Shown: in pieces, positions 37,912-51,060 of the stretch | Numbering within the stretch: the stretch's first letter is position 1 | Layout: each line of letters starts with the position of its first letter | DNA from: Octopus vulgaris | Lineage: Eukaryota | Direction: 5' to 3' | NCBI GenBank assembly: GCA_951406725.2 | Contig: OX597836.1 | Span: 33,604,001 to 33,668,000, forward strand | Length of the DNA stretch: 64,000 bases | Made by a program: the position numbers and the translations under genes | The notes under the pieces: model-generated | Database searches by the model: none | What the model was told of the DNA's origin: nothing | The model's input: the letters and a program-made list of their open reading frames with translations, nothing else

Positions 37912-39513
37912 ATGCATGGGTATGTGTGAGGGTGGAGGTGGAAGAAGAGAAGGGGATGAGTGAAAGAGTGGGAGACGAAGGCAGTGGGATACAGAGGTGT
38001 TGATGGTGGCGGTGTTGAAGGGGGTGGAAAAGGAATTAGTTGCAGGAGCAGAACCCCTCCCACCCTCTCTACCCTGCCTCGCCCACCCCACTCCATCCTC
38101 ATCCCATGGAAATCCTTTGCCCAGGTTTACTCGCCCTCGCTGCTTGTCTCTGCTCTGCTTTCCATTCAATCTGTTCTTTGGGAATTCCTTCTTCTTCCCC
38201 TTCATATAAAAACAACACAGGGGATAGGGGTGGAGGGAGTGGGTCCCATCATCATTCCTAATGGAGGAGGGGAGAAATCACAATCAGTTGATTCAAGTAA
38301 GGGACTTTGCAAAGTTGTGTTTCATCAACACAAACACCACCACCACCACCACCACTATAACCACCACCATCACCACCTCCACCATGACCACAACCTATAC
38401 CAACCACCACCATTTTTTTTTATGCGCCCTTTTCAAGCCTAGCCAGGCTCATGGGTCCCGGTTTCCCAGTAGTTTTAAGAATTTGATGGTGGTGATTGTT
38501 TATTTCTAGAATGATATTGTAGGGGAAGTGTGAAAGACCAGATCTGGTCAGTTTGAGCATAAAGTAGGTATCCAATAATTACATATGATTAATTGAAAAC
38601 AATATTTGTAAATATGCATTACATTTAACAGTGTAATCTGAATGTTGAAGAGTTAAAACAAAGTCATTGTACAAGTCATTAGTCATCCCTAACACTTTAG
38701 CATTCAAACCAGCCAGATCCAGCCTCTCATACCTACTCAACACTGTCATTCTAAAAATAATCAAGTACATCATCAAAATCTTGAAGACAATTCATGTTTT
38801 TAATCAATCACACATCGTTTCAATTCCCATCAATCACAAATCTTGAAGACAATTCATGGATAATTCAAAATTGTCATCATCATCATCATAATTTGACATC
38901 TGCTTTCCATGCTGGCATGGGTCGGATGGTTTGACCTAGAGCTGTCTGTCGTGGCATGGTTTCTATGGCTGGATGCCCTTCCTAACACCAACCACTTAGC
39001 CAGGTACTTTTTACATGCCACTGGCACAAGTGCGTTTTTGCAGCACCAGCATGGGTGTATTAATGAAGTACTGGCACAGGTGCTCTTCAGGTGGCACTGG
39101 CACACGAGAGGACAAACCTGTATGTGTGAGACAGCGATTATTATTTAGCATGATGTGCTTTATCAAGTACAGCAAAGCACCACATCTCCCGGTCCTTTGT
39201 CATTTCCTCACTTCAGCCCATGTCTTCCTGGGTCTATCCCTTCCACAAGAGTAATGTGAATAAATAAGCATTACATTTGATAAAGTAATTTGAATGCTAA
39301 AGGGTTAAACATGACCAGATGATCCATGTTGCTCCAATGTACAAGCACCATGTTCATGTTAGTGTTTTCTGCTTTCTAGACTGGCCAACAAGTTGTATCA
39401 GTGGTGGGGAGGGAGGGTTTGTATTGGTGATAGTGTTTTGTGGTATTGGTGCCAGTGGTATGTTAATGTTGTAGCGTTAGAAGACTTCTAACAGTAAGAC
39501 TTTTTTATTTATT

Positions 39514-39824
39514 TATGCACCCTTTTCAAGCCTAGCCAGGCCCATGGGCCCGGTTTCCCGGTTTCTATGGCATATGTGTTCCCCACCCCCCCTGTACGGG
39601 ACGCCAGTCCATCGCAGCGTTACTCAAGAAACAGGAAGAAAGAGTGAGAGAAAGTTGGGGCGAAAGAGTACAACAGGGGTCGCCATCAACCCCTGCCGGA
39701 GACTCGTGGAGCTTTAGGTGTTTTTGCTCAATAAACACACACACAACGCCTGGTCTTGGAATTGAAACCGTGATCCTCCGACCGTGAGTCCGCTGCCCTA
39801 ACCACTGGGCCATTGCGCCTCCAC
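39514..39824 (-). mobile_element. SINE family B, subtype B3
   Basis: Head GTGGAGGCGCAATGGCCCAGTGGTTAGGGCAGCGGACTC. Related copies: 37175-37476(-), 47588-47855(+), 56271-56570(+). Confidence 0.85.
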
Positions 39825-39849
39825 AACATTAAGAGTGCTCTTGTGGAAA

Positions 39850-40071
39850 TACGAGGGCAATGCTGAAAAGTTCCTGGCTTTGGGTAAAAGAAAATACAGG
39901 AGGATCAGTTAACTATGGTTTTATTCAACATAAACCCCACTCAGATTCACACACTTATTGCAGCAGCCCTTCAGTTTTTCTAAACCCTGTAAAAAAACAT
40001 GGAAGGGTGGGCCTCCAACCAGCCCTTTCATGATACCCTTAAAGCCAGCAACTTTTCAGCACCCTCTCATA
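39850..40071 (-). mobile_element. Mariner-derived MITE
   Basis: TA-flanked TIRs CGAGGG..GCTGAAAAGTTCCTGGCTTT and AAAGCCAGCAACTTTTCAGCACCCTC. The minus strand retains the transposase C-terminus QGLEKLKGCCNKCVNLSGVYVE*. Confidence 0.8.
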
Positions 40072-40488
40072 ATGCTGAAAATTGTTGTTTAACTCTAGGG
40101 CACCCATCACAAATCACAATTACGATCAAAGACAATCCAAAATCAAAGGTAGTCATGATTTCATGACCATCCCATACATTTCTCAGACAGGCATACACAT
40201 ACTTAAGCCTACATTTTTATCAAATGTTTTCCAGTTTGGTGGCAGATTTGGCTATTGCTTCTAGCAGATCAAGTGAGAACATCATAGAGGTAGTCTTATT
40301 GACAGCAGCAGCAGTAGGGCTTGTAGTAGTAGTAGTAGTAGCAGCAGTAATAGTAGTGGTAGTAATAATAATAAGTCAATGGTTAGTGATAGAAGAAAAT
40401 CTGGAATGTTCTGTTATAGTTTCTTACCCCAGGGGAGCAATGTCAAAAGACAAATAATAATAAAAATATTAATAATAATAATAATAAT

Positions 40489-40550
<62 letters not shown>

Positions 40551-41199
40551 GGTTGCTAGAGATAGAAGCAGTGGGATGGTTTTGATAGTGATGGTGAAAA
40601 ATGTTACTGGTGGTGGTGATGGAGATGCTATTGTTGATGGTGGTGGTAAGGGTGGGAGACGGGGGGGGGGTATTGATGGTGGTGAAAAATGTTATTGGAG
40701 GTGATGATGATGATGGAGATGCTATTGTTGTCATCATTGGTGTTGATGTTTGTGATAGCTGTGGTGGTGGTGGTAATGGTGGTGGTGGTAACGGGTGGCA
40801 GAGGGGGTTGGTTGGTGATGGTGGTGAAAGTGTTATGGGTAGTTGTAGTGGTGGTGGTTTTGTGCCCTTGTTTATGTTGTTGCTGTTGGTAGAAGTAGTA
40901 GTAGTAGGAGTGGTGTTGGTGGTGATAGTAGTAGTAGTAGTAGCAGCAGTTATTTCTGCCATCTTCTTACACAAACAAACAGAAGAGGAGGGGGGGAGAT
41001 GTAGAGGTTATGGGTAGGGGTGGTAGATGCAACTTTTAAAAAATGTCAAATAAAATATGAATAAAACAAAGTAAAGGTTATGTGTGTGTGTGTGTGTGCG
41101 CGCACGTGTGTATATATACATACACATATATATATACACAAACATACATATATATATACACACACACACACATATACATACACACACACACATATACAT

Positions 41200-41252
<53 letters not shown>

Positions 41253-41373
41253 GACATACCCTTTTCCCTTCTGGCATGTGTGTATCTATACATATTTAGA
41301 TATATATATATACCCACAAAAAAGGTAGAAGGATATATACATACATATATATATCCTACTACCCTTTTTGTGA

Positions 41374-41413
<40 letters not shown>

Positions 41414-41662
41414 TTATTCCCTTTTTGTGTGTGCCTGTATGTATGTATGTATGTATATATATATATATATGAATTTCTGTGTGTGCATTTATAGCATACT
41501 GTACGTTTGTGATTGTGAATGTATGTATGCTCTTGTGTATATGTGTGTGTGTGTGTGTGTGTGATGACAATGTGTGCTTATGTGTGTGTGTGAGTATATA
41601 TGTATGTATGTACATGCATAGCTGCATATGTATGTATGCATGAGTATGTATGTTTGTGCAGT

Positions 41663-41704
<42 letters not shown>

Positions 41705-43019
41705 TATGAATGAATATGCATGTGTATAAGTGTTTTGTGTGTGCATGCATATACATGCATATGTGTGTGTGTGTGCATGTGTGCACGCGTGCATGTGCAC
41801 GTTAGTGTTTCCCCCCTCTTTCTCAAGAACAGCCAACACTTTCTACTCTGCTTTTGTTTGTTTACATTTTGGCATGAGGCAGTTTGAGATAATATGTGGT
41901 AATTTCAATGGAGGTGGTGGTAGTGGTTGTGAGTTGTGAAGGTAATGGATGTGGGTGGGGGGATAATGGTGGTAATGGTGATGGTAGAGGTGACAGTGGT
42001 AGTAGATGTAATAGGGATGTCTATGAGGGTAGTGCCGTGGTGGTGGTGGTGGTGATGGGATGGTGCTGGTGGCTGTGGCGGATGGTGATAGTTCAGATGG
42101 TGTTGGTAGTGGTTGTGGGGGTGGGGGTGGGATATTCACATCACAGGGACAGGGGTTGGGTGGGTGGGTGGGTAAGATGCTTTCTCTAACAGCAAATACC
42201 ATAGTGCAAAGCAAGGACAGAGTTAAACAGTGGTGGTCGTGGTGGGGTAGGGTAGGGTGAGGGGCGGGGTGGGTGGGGGTTGTCTAGGTGAACAACATTT
42301 GTGATAAAGAGTTTATATGAATGAAAGTGAGTCAAAGAGAGAGGGGGGCAGAGATGGGGGGAAAGAGAAAGGTAAGAGGGGAGGTGATGGCGGGGGGGGG
42401 AGAAGGAAGAGAATGAGACAGAGGGAGGGTGGGAAGAAGAGAGGTGGAATAGAGAGGGAGGGGGAGAGAAATGGAACAGACAGGGAGGGAAAGATATGGA
42501 ATAGAGGGAGAGGGAAGGAGAGTGATGGGATAAAGAGGGAGGGTAGGAGAGAGATGGAGAGGAAAAAGCAAGAGAAGGAGAGGGGGAATAGAAAGGGTGG
42601 TAGGGAAGAGAGAGATAGAGTTAAGTAAAAGAGAGAGAGTAAAAGGCAGAGCGACCTGAGTGAAGGAGAGAGAAAGTGTGAGAAGTAGAGAGAGTTGAGT
42701 AAAGGACAAAATGGGAGAGTGAGCAGGGGGGGGGGGAGGTGAGAATAAATTATAATGAGTGAACAAACACAAAAGATGTAGATAGAAATCCCCACTGGTT
42801 CTCAGATAAGAATGCAGAAACAATTAGAAGAAAAAAAACAGAAGAAAACAAAAAAAAAAAAAAAAAAAGAAAAAGTGAAGAGATGGAGGACAGAATAGGA
42901 GATGGTCTGCTTCTTTAGTGAAAGAAACAGAGAGCAATTTAGAATGTGTCCCATAGCCATGGTGAATGAAATTGGGAAGGATATAAACTAGGACGAAGGA
43001 AATTGTAATGGGTATTGAT

Positions 43020-43800
43020 TAAGATGGGGGAAATTGGGACAAATATTAAAGCTAGGGGTGGAAGAAATTGGGACAGATAACAAGTAGTGTGAAAGAATTT
43101 GAGACAGATATCAGCTCGGAAGAAAGAAACTTAGGATGGATATTGGGACAGATACCAGGTGGGGGTGAAGGAAATAGGAACAAATATAGGCTAAGATTAA
43201 AGAAAATGGGACAGAAAACAGGTAAGGTGGAAGAAATCGGGACGGATATTGATTATGGTAAAGGAAACTGAGACAGATATCAGCTAGGATGAAAGAAACC
43301 AGGATGGATATTGGGACAGATACCAGCAGGGGGTGAAGGAAATTGGAACAAATATTGGCCAAGATTAAAAGAAACTGGGACAGAAAACAGGTAAGATGGA
43401 AGAAATTGGGACGGATATTGATTATGGTAAAGGAAACTGAGACAGATATCAGCAAGGATGAAAGAAACCCCGGGATGGATATTGGGACAGATACCAGCTG
43501 GGGGTGAAGGAAATTGGGACAAATATAGGCTAAGATTAAAGAAAATGGGACAGAAAACAGGTAGGGTGGAAGAAATCGAGACGGATATTGATTATGGTGA
43601 AGGAAATTGAGACAGATGTCAGCTAGGATGAAAGAAGCTGGGATGGATATTGGGACAGACACCAGCTGGTGGTAAAGGAAATTGGGACAAATATTGGCTA
43701 AGGTGAAAGAAACTGTGACAGAAAACAAAAACAGGTAAGGTGGAAGAAATTGGGACAGATATTGGCTATGGTAAAGGAAATTAAGACAAAGAAATTGGGT
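43020..43800. repeat. Minisatellite with a 168-171 bp higher-order unit
   Basis: GGATGGATATTGGGACAGA at 43134, 43302, 43473 and 43641; AAATTGGGACAGATAT-like subrepeats recur about every 34 bp. Confidence 0.9.
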
Positions 43801-44190
43801 CATCTTATAGCTGTCAATCTTTGTACATGTTTCTGTGTATAAGAACCGTTACCCTTTCACTAACGACACTGAAGCATCATCAAATGAAACAAATATACTT
43901 TACAGGGCCCATCATGGTTTTAACCCTTTAGCATTTAAACTGGCCACATCCAACCTGGCCAGATATGGCCTCTCACACTTATCCTACAATGTCATTCTAA
44001 AAATAAACAATCACAAGATTGAAATGTTTAGGCTACGAGATTAGAGATGTTGGTCCAAGCAGAACTGCTATTTCTCTGAACTGAAAGATCAAAGCTGCAG
44101 GACTACAGACATATGATAAGGTCTCAGGAAAGAATCACTGAACGGGTTTTACAGGCAAAAAGCAATTATATATATATATATATATCAAAT

Positions 44191-44249
44191 AAATTAAAAA
44201 CAGAACACAAAGGATATCCGTGATATCCTTTGCGTTCTGTTTTTAATTT
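44191..44249. repeat. 28-bp inverted repeat
   Basis: AAATTAAAAACAGAACACAAAGGATATC-cgt-GATATCCTTTGCGTTCTGTTTTTAATTT; one mismatch. Confidence 0.9.
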
Positions 44250-44332
44250 TATTTATATATTCTCTCACACCTCTGCCACTATCTGACATATACAGGTGCT
44301 TACATTTATCAAGTATTCACTCTAAATTTACA

Positions 44333-44380
<48 letters not shown>

Positions 44381-44440
44381 CAGAATGAGATAAAAAAATC
44401 CAAGGCTGTGAATAGTTTTCAGAACATTTATAAAGAGACG

Positions 44441-44488
44441 GTCTTACAGCTGTTTCTGGGATATTTTATATATCCCCTCATCAGAGAC
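44441..44488 (-). ncRNA. Minimal type I hammerhead ribozyme motif (Penelope-like)
   Basis: GUCU-CUGAUGA-G-GGGAUAU-auaaa-AUAUCCC-A-GAAA-CAGCUG-UA/AGAC. Confidence 0.7.
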
Positions 44489-44679
44489 GGTGCGAGAAAA
44501 TGTTTAAACAATAGTTATTATAGGGAAGATGTGAAATACAGAGTGAAGTGGAGGAATGAAAACAGACGTGAGACACGTAAGGATATTATATCTGCAGTTC
44601 CATTATTTAACCAGAATGGTGTATATATAAGTTTCCTGTACCTTGTGTACACACACACACACACACAGGTAGTTTGGAA

Positions 44680-45218
44680 TCCAAAAAGGTGACGAACTTA
44701 TTCTAGAACATGGTTGAGTTCATAAAATAGGATTTTACTACACCTCCATTTAGAGCACAGTTTAAGATATCTTTTCGTGGAAGAAGGTTTATGTTCCTAT
44801 AACCCGTGTTAATTCTGTAACCCTTTAAAATGGAAGATAAGAAAGTTCATTTTCGGCACTTGATACTTTGGGAACCACACAAAAATTGCTGCAGCTCGGC
44901 TGAGATGTGTTACCCCACCCTCCATATTCACCAGATATTGCTCCTTCGGATTTCCACTTATTCAGGTCTCTGCAGAATAGTCTTAATGGTAAAAAATTTC
45001 AATTCCTTGGATGACGTAAAAAGATACCTTGATGAATTCTTTGCCATGAAACCACCTCAATTCTGAGAAGAGTGTATTTTCAAGTTAAAGGAAAGATGGT
45101 GATGCATTGTGCAACGAAATGGTTCATATTTGGTTGATTAAAAAAATGTAATGGCAAGTATTTATTGACCGTTTTCTTTCCTTTAAAAATCGGCACGAAC
45201 TTTCCGGACAACCCAATA
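44680..45218 (+). mobile_element. Internally deleted mariner (DD34D) transposon remnant
   Basis: N-terminus MEDKKVHFRHLILWE is joined to the C-terminal region ...LPHPPYSPDIAPSDFHLFRSLQNSL...KPPQF*...KLKERW*CIVQRNGSY, with stops and frameshifts. 3' TIR GGCACGAACTTTCCGGACAACCCAA followed by TA. Confidence 0.9.
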
Positions 45219-45273
45219 GAAGGCTGAAAATTTGGCTTGGCTGATTACATTGAGCCCAGAAGAATAAAGAATT

Positions 45274-45474
45274 GAAGAAGAAGAAGAAGAAGAAGAAGAA
45301 GAAGAAGAAGAAGAAGAAGAAGAAGAAGAAGAAGAAGAAGAAGAAGAAGAAGAAGAAGAAGAAGAAGAAGAAGAAGAAGAAGAAGAAGAAGAAGAAGAAG
45401 AAGAAGAAGAAGAAGAAGAAGAAGAAGAAGAAGAAGAAGAAGAAGAAGAAGAAGAAGAAGAAGAAGAAGAAGAA
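45274..45474 (+). repeat. Pure (GAA)n tract of about 200 bp
   Basis: Read directly. Confidence 0.97.
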
Positions 45475-45795
45475 AAGAAGGGTTGATGTCAGCAAGACTT
45501 GAACTCAGAACATGAAAGGGGCTGGAAGTGATACAGCAGGGGGAATTTTATTTTGTCCAACAACAGTAAACAATTCTGTGAATCCACCATCTTTATAATA
45601 AGATTTTCTTTCAATAATTCTTTTAGTTCCAAAGAATTGCAGATTTGAAGTATTTGCTTCTTGGATTGAAAATGTTGATTGTGTTGTTTGAAGTGACAGC
45701 AGAAGTCTGCGAGAGAAATTTCTTACAGCGACACCAAGTAGCAACATCCAATGGTATTGGGAGGAGAGTATAGGAGAGAAAGAGAGAGAGAGAGA

Positions 45796-45828
<33 letters not shown>

Positions 45829-45984
45829 GATAAGAGATAGATAAGTGTCAGGTCAAAGCAAAAGGAGAGGTTAATAAGAGTAGGGAGAAGGTGATGGTGG
45901 TGATATGAGATAAGCAGACAGACAGGAATTTAATAAACAGATAGATTAGATTGATAGAATGGTAAATACACAAGCAAGGGGAGT

Positions 45985-46700
45985 AGAAACAGAGAGAGAG
46001 AGACAGACAGACAGACAGATAAATAGATAGAAAGAGAGAGAGAGAAAGACAGAGAGAGACAGAGAGAAAGAGAGAGAGGGAGAGAGATAGATAGACAGAG
46101 ACAGAGAGAGAGAGGAAGAGAGAGAGAGAGGAAGAGAGAGAGAGAGACAGAGACAGAGAGAGAGACAGAGACAGAGAGAGAGACAGAGAGAGAGACAGAG
46201 ACAGAGAGAGACAGAGAGACAGAGGAAGAGAGAGAGAGGAAGAGAGAGAGAAAGAGAGACAGAGAGACAGAGAGAGACAGAGACAGAGAGAGAAGATCAG
46301 AAAAGGGAGACAGGTAGATATATAGACAGACAAATACAAAGACAGATACACTGACAGATAGACAGCCAAAAAAAAAGACAGACAGACCCAGACAGAAAAA
46401 GAGAAACAGCCAGCCAGCCAGCCAGAAACAGACATACAGACAAATAGATCAGAAAAGAGAAAGAAACACATAGGTAGGTAGATATACAGGTAGATACACA
46501 CACACACAGACAGACAGACAGATATGAAGACAGATGCATAGATAGACAGACAGATACATAGACAGGCAGATAGATAAATGGAGAGATAGACAGAGTTAGA
46601 AGGATAGACCAACAGTTTGATAGTCATGAGAGTTAGATGGATAGACAGACTAATAGAGAGAGACAGACAGACAGACAGATAGATAGAATGTAGAGAGGGA
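45985..46700. repeat. (GA)/(GACA)/(GATA) purine-rich low-complexity region
   Basis: Read directly. Confidence 0.92.
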
Positions 46701-47414
46701 CAGATAGAGGAGATGAAAGCAGCAGCAGTTGTTAAGCCACAGGTCAGCCCCCACCCTACCCCCATTCATTGAGAAAACCTGTAATCGAAGGCGTTCCAAG
46801 CATGACAAACACTCCAAATTTTTTTTCCTGTGCAAGGAAACCCGGACAATATCAATCATTTAATTTAAGATGTTAAGGTGCGATTTTAAAATGACATCGC
46901 TACTACTTTTAGCCCATCAAGTAGCAATACTGAGGATCCCCAGATTGATTCAGTAAAAATGGTGGTAGCAGTATAACGAGGTGAAAAGGAAAGGTGTGTA
47001 TTATGTCTTATGCTTGCTGCAGTCATTGGGTTGCAGCCATGCTGGAGCACCATCTTAAGGGGCTTTACTTGAACAAATCAATCCCAGTGCTTATTTTTAA
47101 GCCTGGCACCCTGGTTACTCAGTTTTTTTGGTTTTTTTTTTTACCAAAGTCCTAAGTTATGAGGATATAAACAAACCAACACTGGTTGTCAAGTGTTGAC
47201 GGGAGACAAACACAAAGACACACACATTTTATACACACACGCACACAACAGGTTTCTTTTAGTTTCCATCTATCTATCAGATCCACCCACAAGGCTTTTG
47301 AGGTTAGGAACCAGGCTTCTTCATTTTTTTTTTTCTATTTTATTTTATTAAATTTGCCATACCACACAGACATACATATGACAGTGTGTGTGTATGTGTG
47401 TATACATATATATA

Positions 47415-47575
47415 GGGAGTGTTTACGAAAAAAACAAAAGACGAAGACAGGTGGTGTACAAAACAAACAGATGTATTAGTATAACGCTCAGGAATAGAAA
47501 AAGTCTTTTACGTTTCGAACCTATGCTCTTCTACAGAAAGGGACACAGAGAAAAACAAGGAGAGAAAAAAAAGAA
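47415..47575 (-). mobile_element. Penelope-like terminal fragment with variant hammerhead motif
   Basis: Minus strand 47505-47540 reads CUUU-CUGUAGA-A-GAGC-auag-GUUC-GAAA-CG-UA/AAAG. Confidence 0.6.
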
Positions 47576-48380
47576 AGAATATATGTGTGTGGAGGCACAA
47601 TGGCCCAGCAGTTAGGGTACCAGACTCGCGGTCGGAGGATGACGGTTTCGATTCCCAGACCGGGCGTTGTGTGTATATTTATTGAGCGAAAACACCTAAC
47701 AGCTCCACGAGGCACCACAACTTTCTCTCACTCTCTCTTCCTGTTTCTTGAGTAACGCTGCGATGGACTGGCATCCCATCAAGCTGGGGGGAACACATAT
47801 GCCACAGAAACCAGGAAACCAGGCTCATGAACCTGGCTAGGCTTGGAAAAGGCAAGAAAAAAAAAAATATATATATTCACACACACAGACATAAACACAC
47901 ACATATACATACATACACACACACACATTCAGAAACAAGCATGGCTATGTGGTAAGTAGTTTGCTACCCGATGTCAAAGTTTCAGGTTCAGTCCCACCAT
48001 ATGGCACCTTGGGCAAGTTTCTTGTACTATAGTCTCAGGCAGACCAAAGCCTTATGAGCAAATTTGGCAGACTGAAGAGAACTCTGTTGTATTGTTATAT
48101 ATATAAATATATATATATATACACATACATAGGTGCAGGTAGAAACTGAAAGAAGCCTGTTGTGTATATATGTGTATGTGTGTGTGTTTGTCCCTCCAAC
48201 ATCGCTTGACAACCGATGTTGGTGTGTTTACATCCCTGTATCTTAACAGTTCAGCAAAAGAGACTGATAGAATAAGTACTAGGATTACAAAGAATAACCC
48301 TGGGGTCGATTTCTTTGACTGAAACCCTTTAAGGTGATGCTCCAGCATGGCTACAGTCAAGTGACTGAAAGAAGTAAAAG

Positions 48381-48439
<59 letters not shown>

Positions 48440-49156
48440 CCATCCGTATGTGGTCGATGCCAGCACCACCTTGACTAGCACCTGTGCCGGTGGCACATAA
48501 AAAGCACCCACTACACTCACGGAGTGGCTGGCCCTAGAAAGGGCATCCAGCTGTAGAAACACTGCTAGATCAGACTGGAGCCTGGTGCAGCCTCCTGGCT
48601 TCCCAGACCCTGGTCAAACCGTCCAACCCATGCTAGCATGGAAAACGGACATTAAATGATGATAATGATATATATATATATATATATATGTAGATAGATA
48701 GAGAGAGAGAGAGTGAGGTGGGAGTCAGGAAGATGGAGTTCGGAGGGGGTGATTAGAGAGGCATTGTGGTGGTGGTGGCGGAGATGATGGTGTGGATGAT
48801 GGTATGTCATGAAGGAACTGAGAGTCTCATTAATTAAGTACAACTATGGTACACTTGTTGGAAGTGGTATTTGATTAGAAGACACTCTCCGCTACCTCCA
48901 CCACCACACACAGACAGACATACACCATTAAGAAGGGAGAAAAAAATGCCAAACCAAATAAAACAGTCTAATCTGTCTGAACATGGCATTGATGTGTGTG
49001 TGTGTGTGTGAGAGAGAGAGGGAGAGAGAGAGACTGAGGGAGGACAGAGGTGGTGCACATGAAGGTAGGGTGAGGTGTGAAAGATGGAGGAGGGGAGGGA
49101 TTTGAAGGAGGTAGGGAGGAGGAGAGTGGGGAGGGAGTAAAGAGAGAGAGGGAGAG

Positions 49157-49193
<37 letters not shown>

Positions 49194-49292
49194 AGGGAGA
49201 GAGAGAGAAGAGATCAGAAATAGATAGAAAGTGACAGACTAGATTGGACCTCCTGACATACACCACATGGGCCATCATCTGACAAATGAGAT

Positions 49293-49324
<32 letters not shown>

Positions 49325-49326
49325 CA

Positions 49327-49366
<40 letters not shown>

Positions 49367-49378
49367 TATATATATATA

Positions 49379-49763
49379 TCTCTCTCTATATAAACGGCAG
49401 TTTGTCTGTGCGTTTTCTGTGTGTCTGTTTTCTCGTACCCTCACTCTGACCATGGCTTTCAACCGATTCTGATGAAACTTGACACACACATAGCCCAGTG
49501 TCATAATTCAAGACTAACGCAGCGAAAATTTTGAAAAGTTCCCCCAGTTCTGAAAAAAATCGATAAATTCGACATGGGGTCGAGAATCAGAAACCCAAAC
49601 CTCAGACCGTCTAGGGCACGCAACTCCACCTTTTTTAACTCTCAAAAAAAAAATTTACCATCATTTTTTTTCCATTTTTTGCTATTTTTTTGCTATAACT
49701 CTCTAAAAATGCTTTATAGTTATTTCCCTTACAAACCTGAGCAACGCCGGGCGATACTGCTAG
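49379..49763 (+). mobile_element. Non-autonomous Helitron
   Basis: 5' TC, subterminal imperfect hairpin CCTGAGCAACGCCGGG, 3' CTAG, inserted between A and T. Confidence 0.75.
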
Positions 49764-49770
49764 TATACAC

Positions 49771-49882
<112 letters not shown>

Positions 49883-49948
49883 GTTGTACACATAAATACA
49901 TTTATATATATACATAAATACAAACATAAACACACAAACATATGTGCA

Positions 49949-50006
<58 letters not shown>

Positions 50007-50873
50007 CATGTATACATACAAACACCGACATATATAAATACCAACACACACACACACACACACACAGCATAGAGATAAACTAGTGGCGCACCGCACCCAC
50101 CCACCACCACCGAAAGTTATGCAAAAATGGACATAACTGTTTCTATTAACTGACATGGGTCATTCAAACTGCTGCACAGATTGGCAGAGTAAAACCATCA
50201 TCATCATCATCGTCACCATTTAACATCCATTCTCCATGCTGGCATAGGTTGGATGGTTTGACTAGAGCTGGCAAGTCTGAGGGCTGTGCCAAGCTCCATC
50301 AGCTGTTTCGGCATGGGTTTCTACAGGTGAATGCCGTTCCTAATGCTAAAAACCTTTCAGAGGGCACTAGGTGCTTTTTACATGGAAAGCAATGTAGTTG
50401 CTAGTGGTTTTTCATACTGGTATGGGTTGGACAGTTTGACAAGACTGCTCCGTTTGTCTGTCCTTGTTTGTCCTCTCTGTGTTTAGCCCTTTGTGGGTAG
50501 TAAAGAAATAGGTTTGACAAGACTGCACCTGTCCCCGCCGTCTGCTTTGACATGGTTTCTACAGCTTAATGCCCTTTCTAATGCTAACCACTTTATAGAG
50601 TGTTACTGGGAGCTTTCTATGTAGCACCAACACCAGCAGGGTTACCAAGTAACTTGCAAGACATAACAAAGCCTCCTTGACTGATGGGGAGTAGTGTCAA
50701 TGGAGGTAGCTTTGTGCCAGTAGATGAGAAGTTAAAAGAATAATAAAGGGCTAGAGATAGGTGTCTTGCTATTGTAGAGATATAAAAAGGCTCTGGTTGG
50801 AGAAGAAAGGAGAGAAAGAGAGAAACTTAGAATGAGACTTAGAGAGAAAGACGGAGATGGAGAGAGGGTTGTA

Positions 50874-51060
50874 ATGAGTTCCAAGCAGAAAAATTCATGC
50901 AACTGTTGAGTTTTTGATGAAGGAGAGGAACAAGCTGTCCGACATCTACAGACATTTACAGGTCGTTTATGGAGATGACACACTGACACACATGACATGA
51001 GCAACGTACACCTGATGGATAGAGAAGATACAGATCCAAATCTGAACATGAAATGCAAGT
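50874..51060 (+). mobile_element. Decayed mariner transposase N-terminal HTH fragment
   Basis: IHATVEFLMKERNKLSDIYRHLQVVYGDDTL resembles the mariner HTH pattern (FL...EIHxRLxxVYG). Confidence 0.6.

Noticed and set aside
43111-43803. 230-aa repetitive ORF
   Set aside because: It lies wholly in a minisatellite whose unit phase shifts between copies; no coding signature.
45124-46765. Poly-F/poly-K ORFs and the 305-aa LS-rich ORF
   Set aside because: These are (GAA)n and (GA)n repeats.
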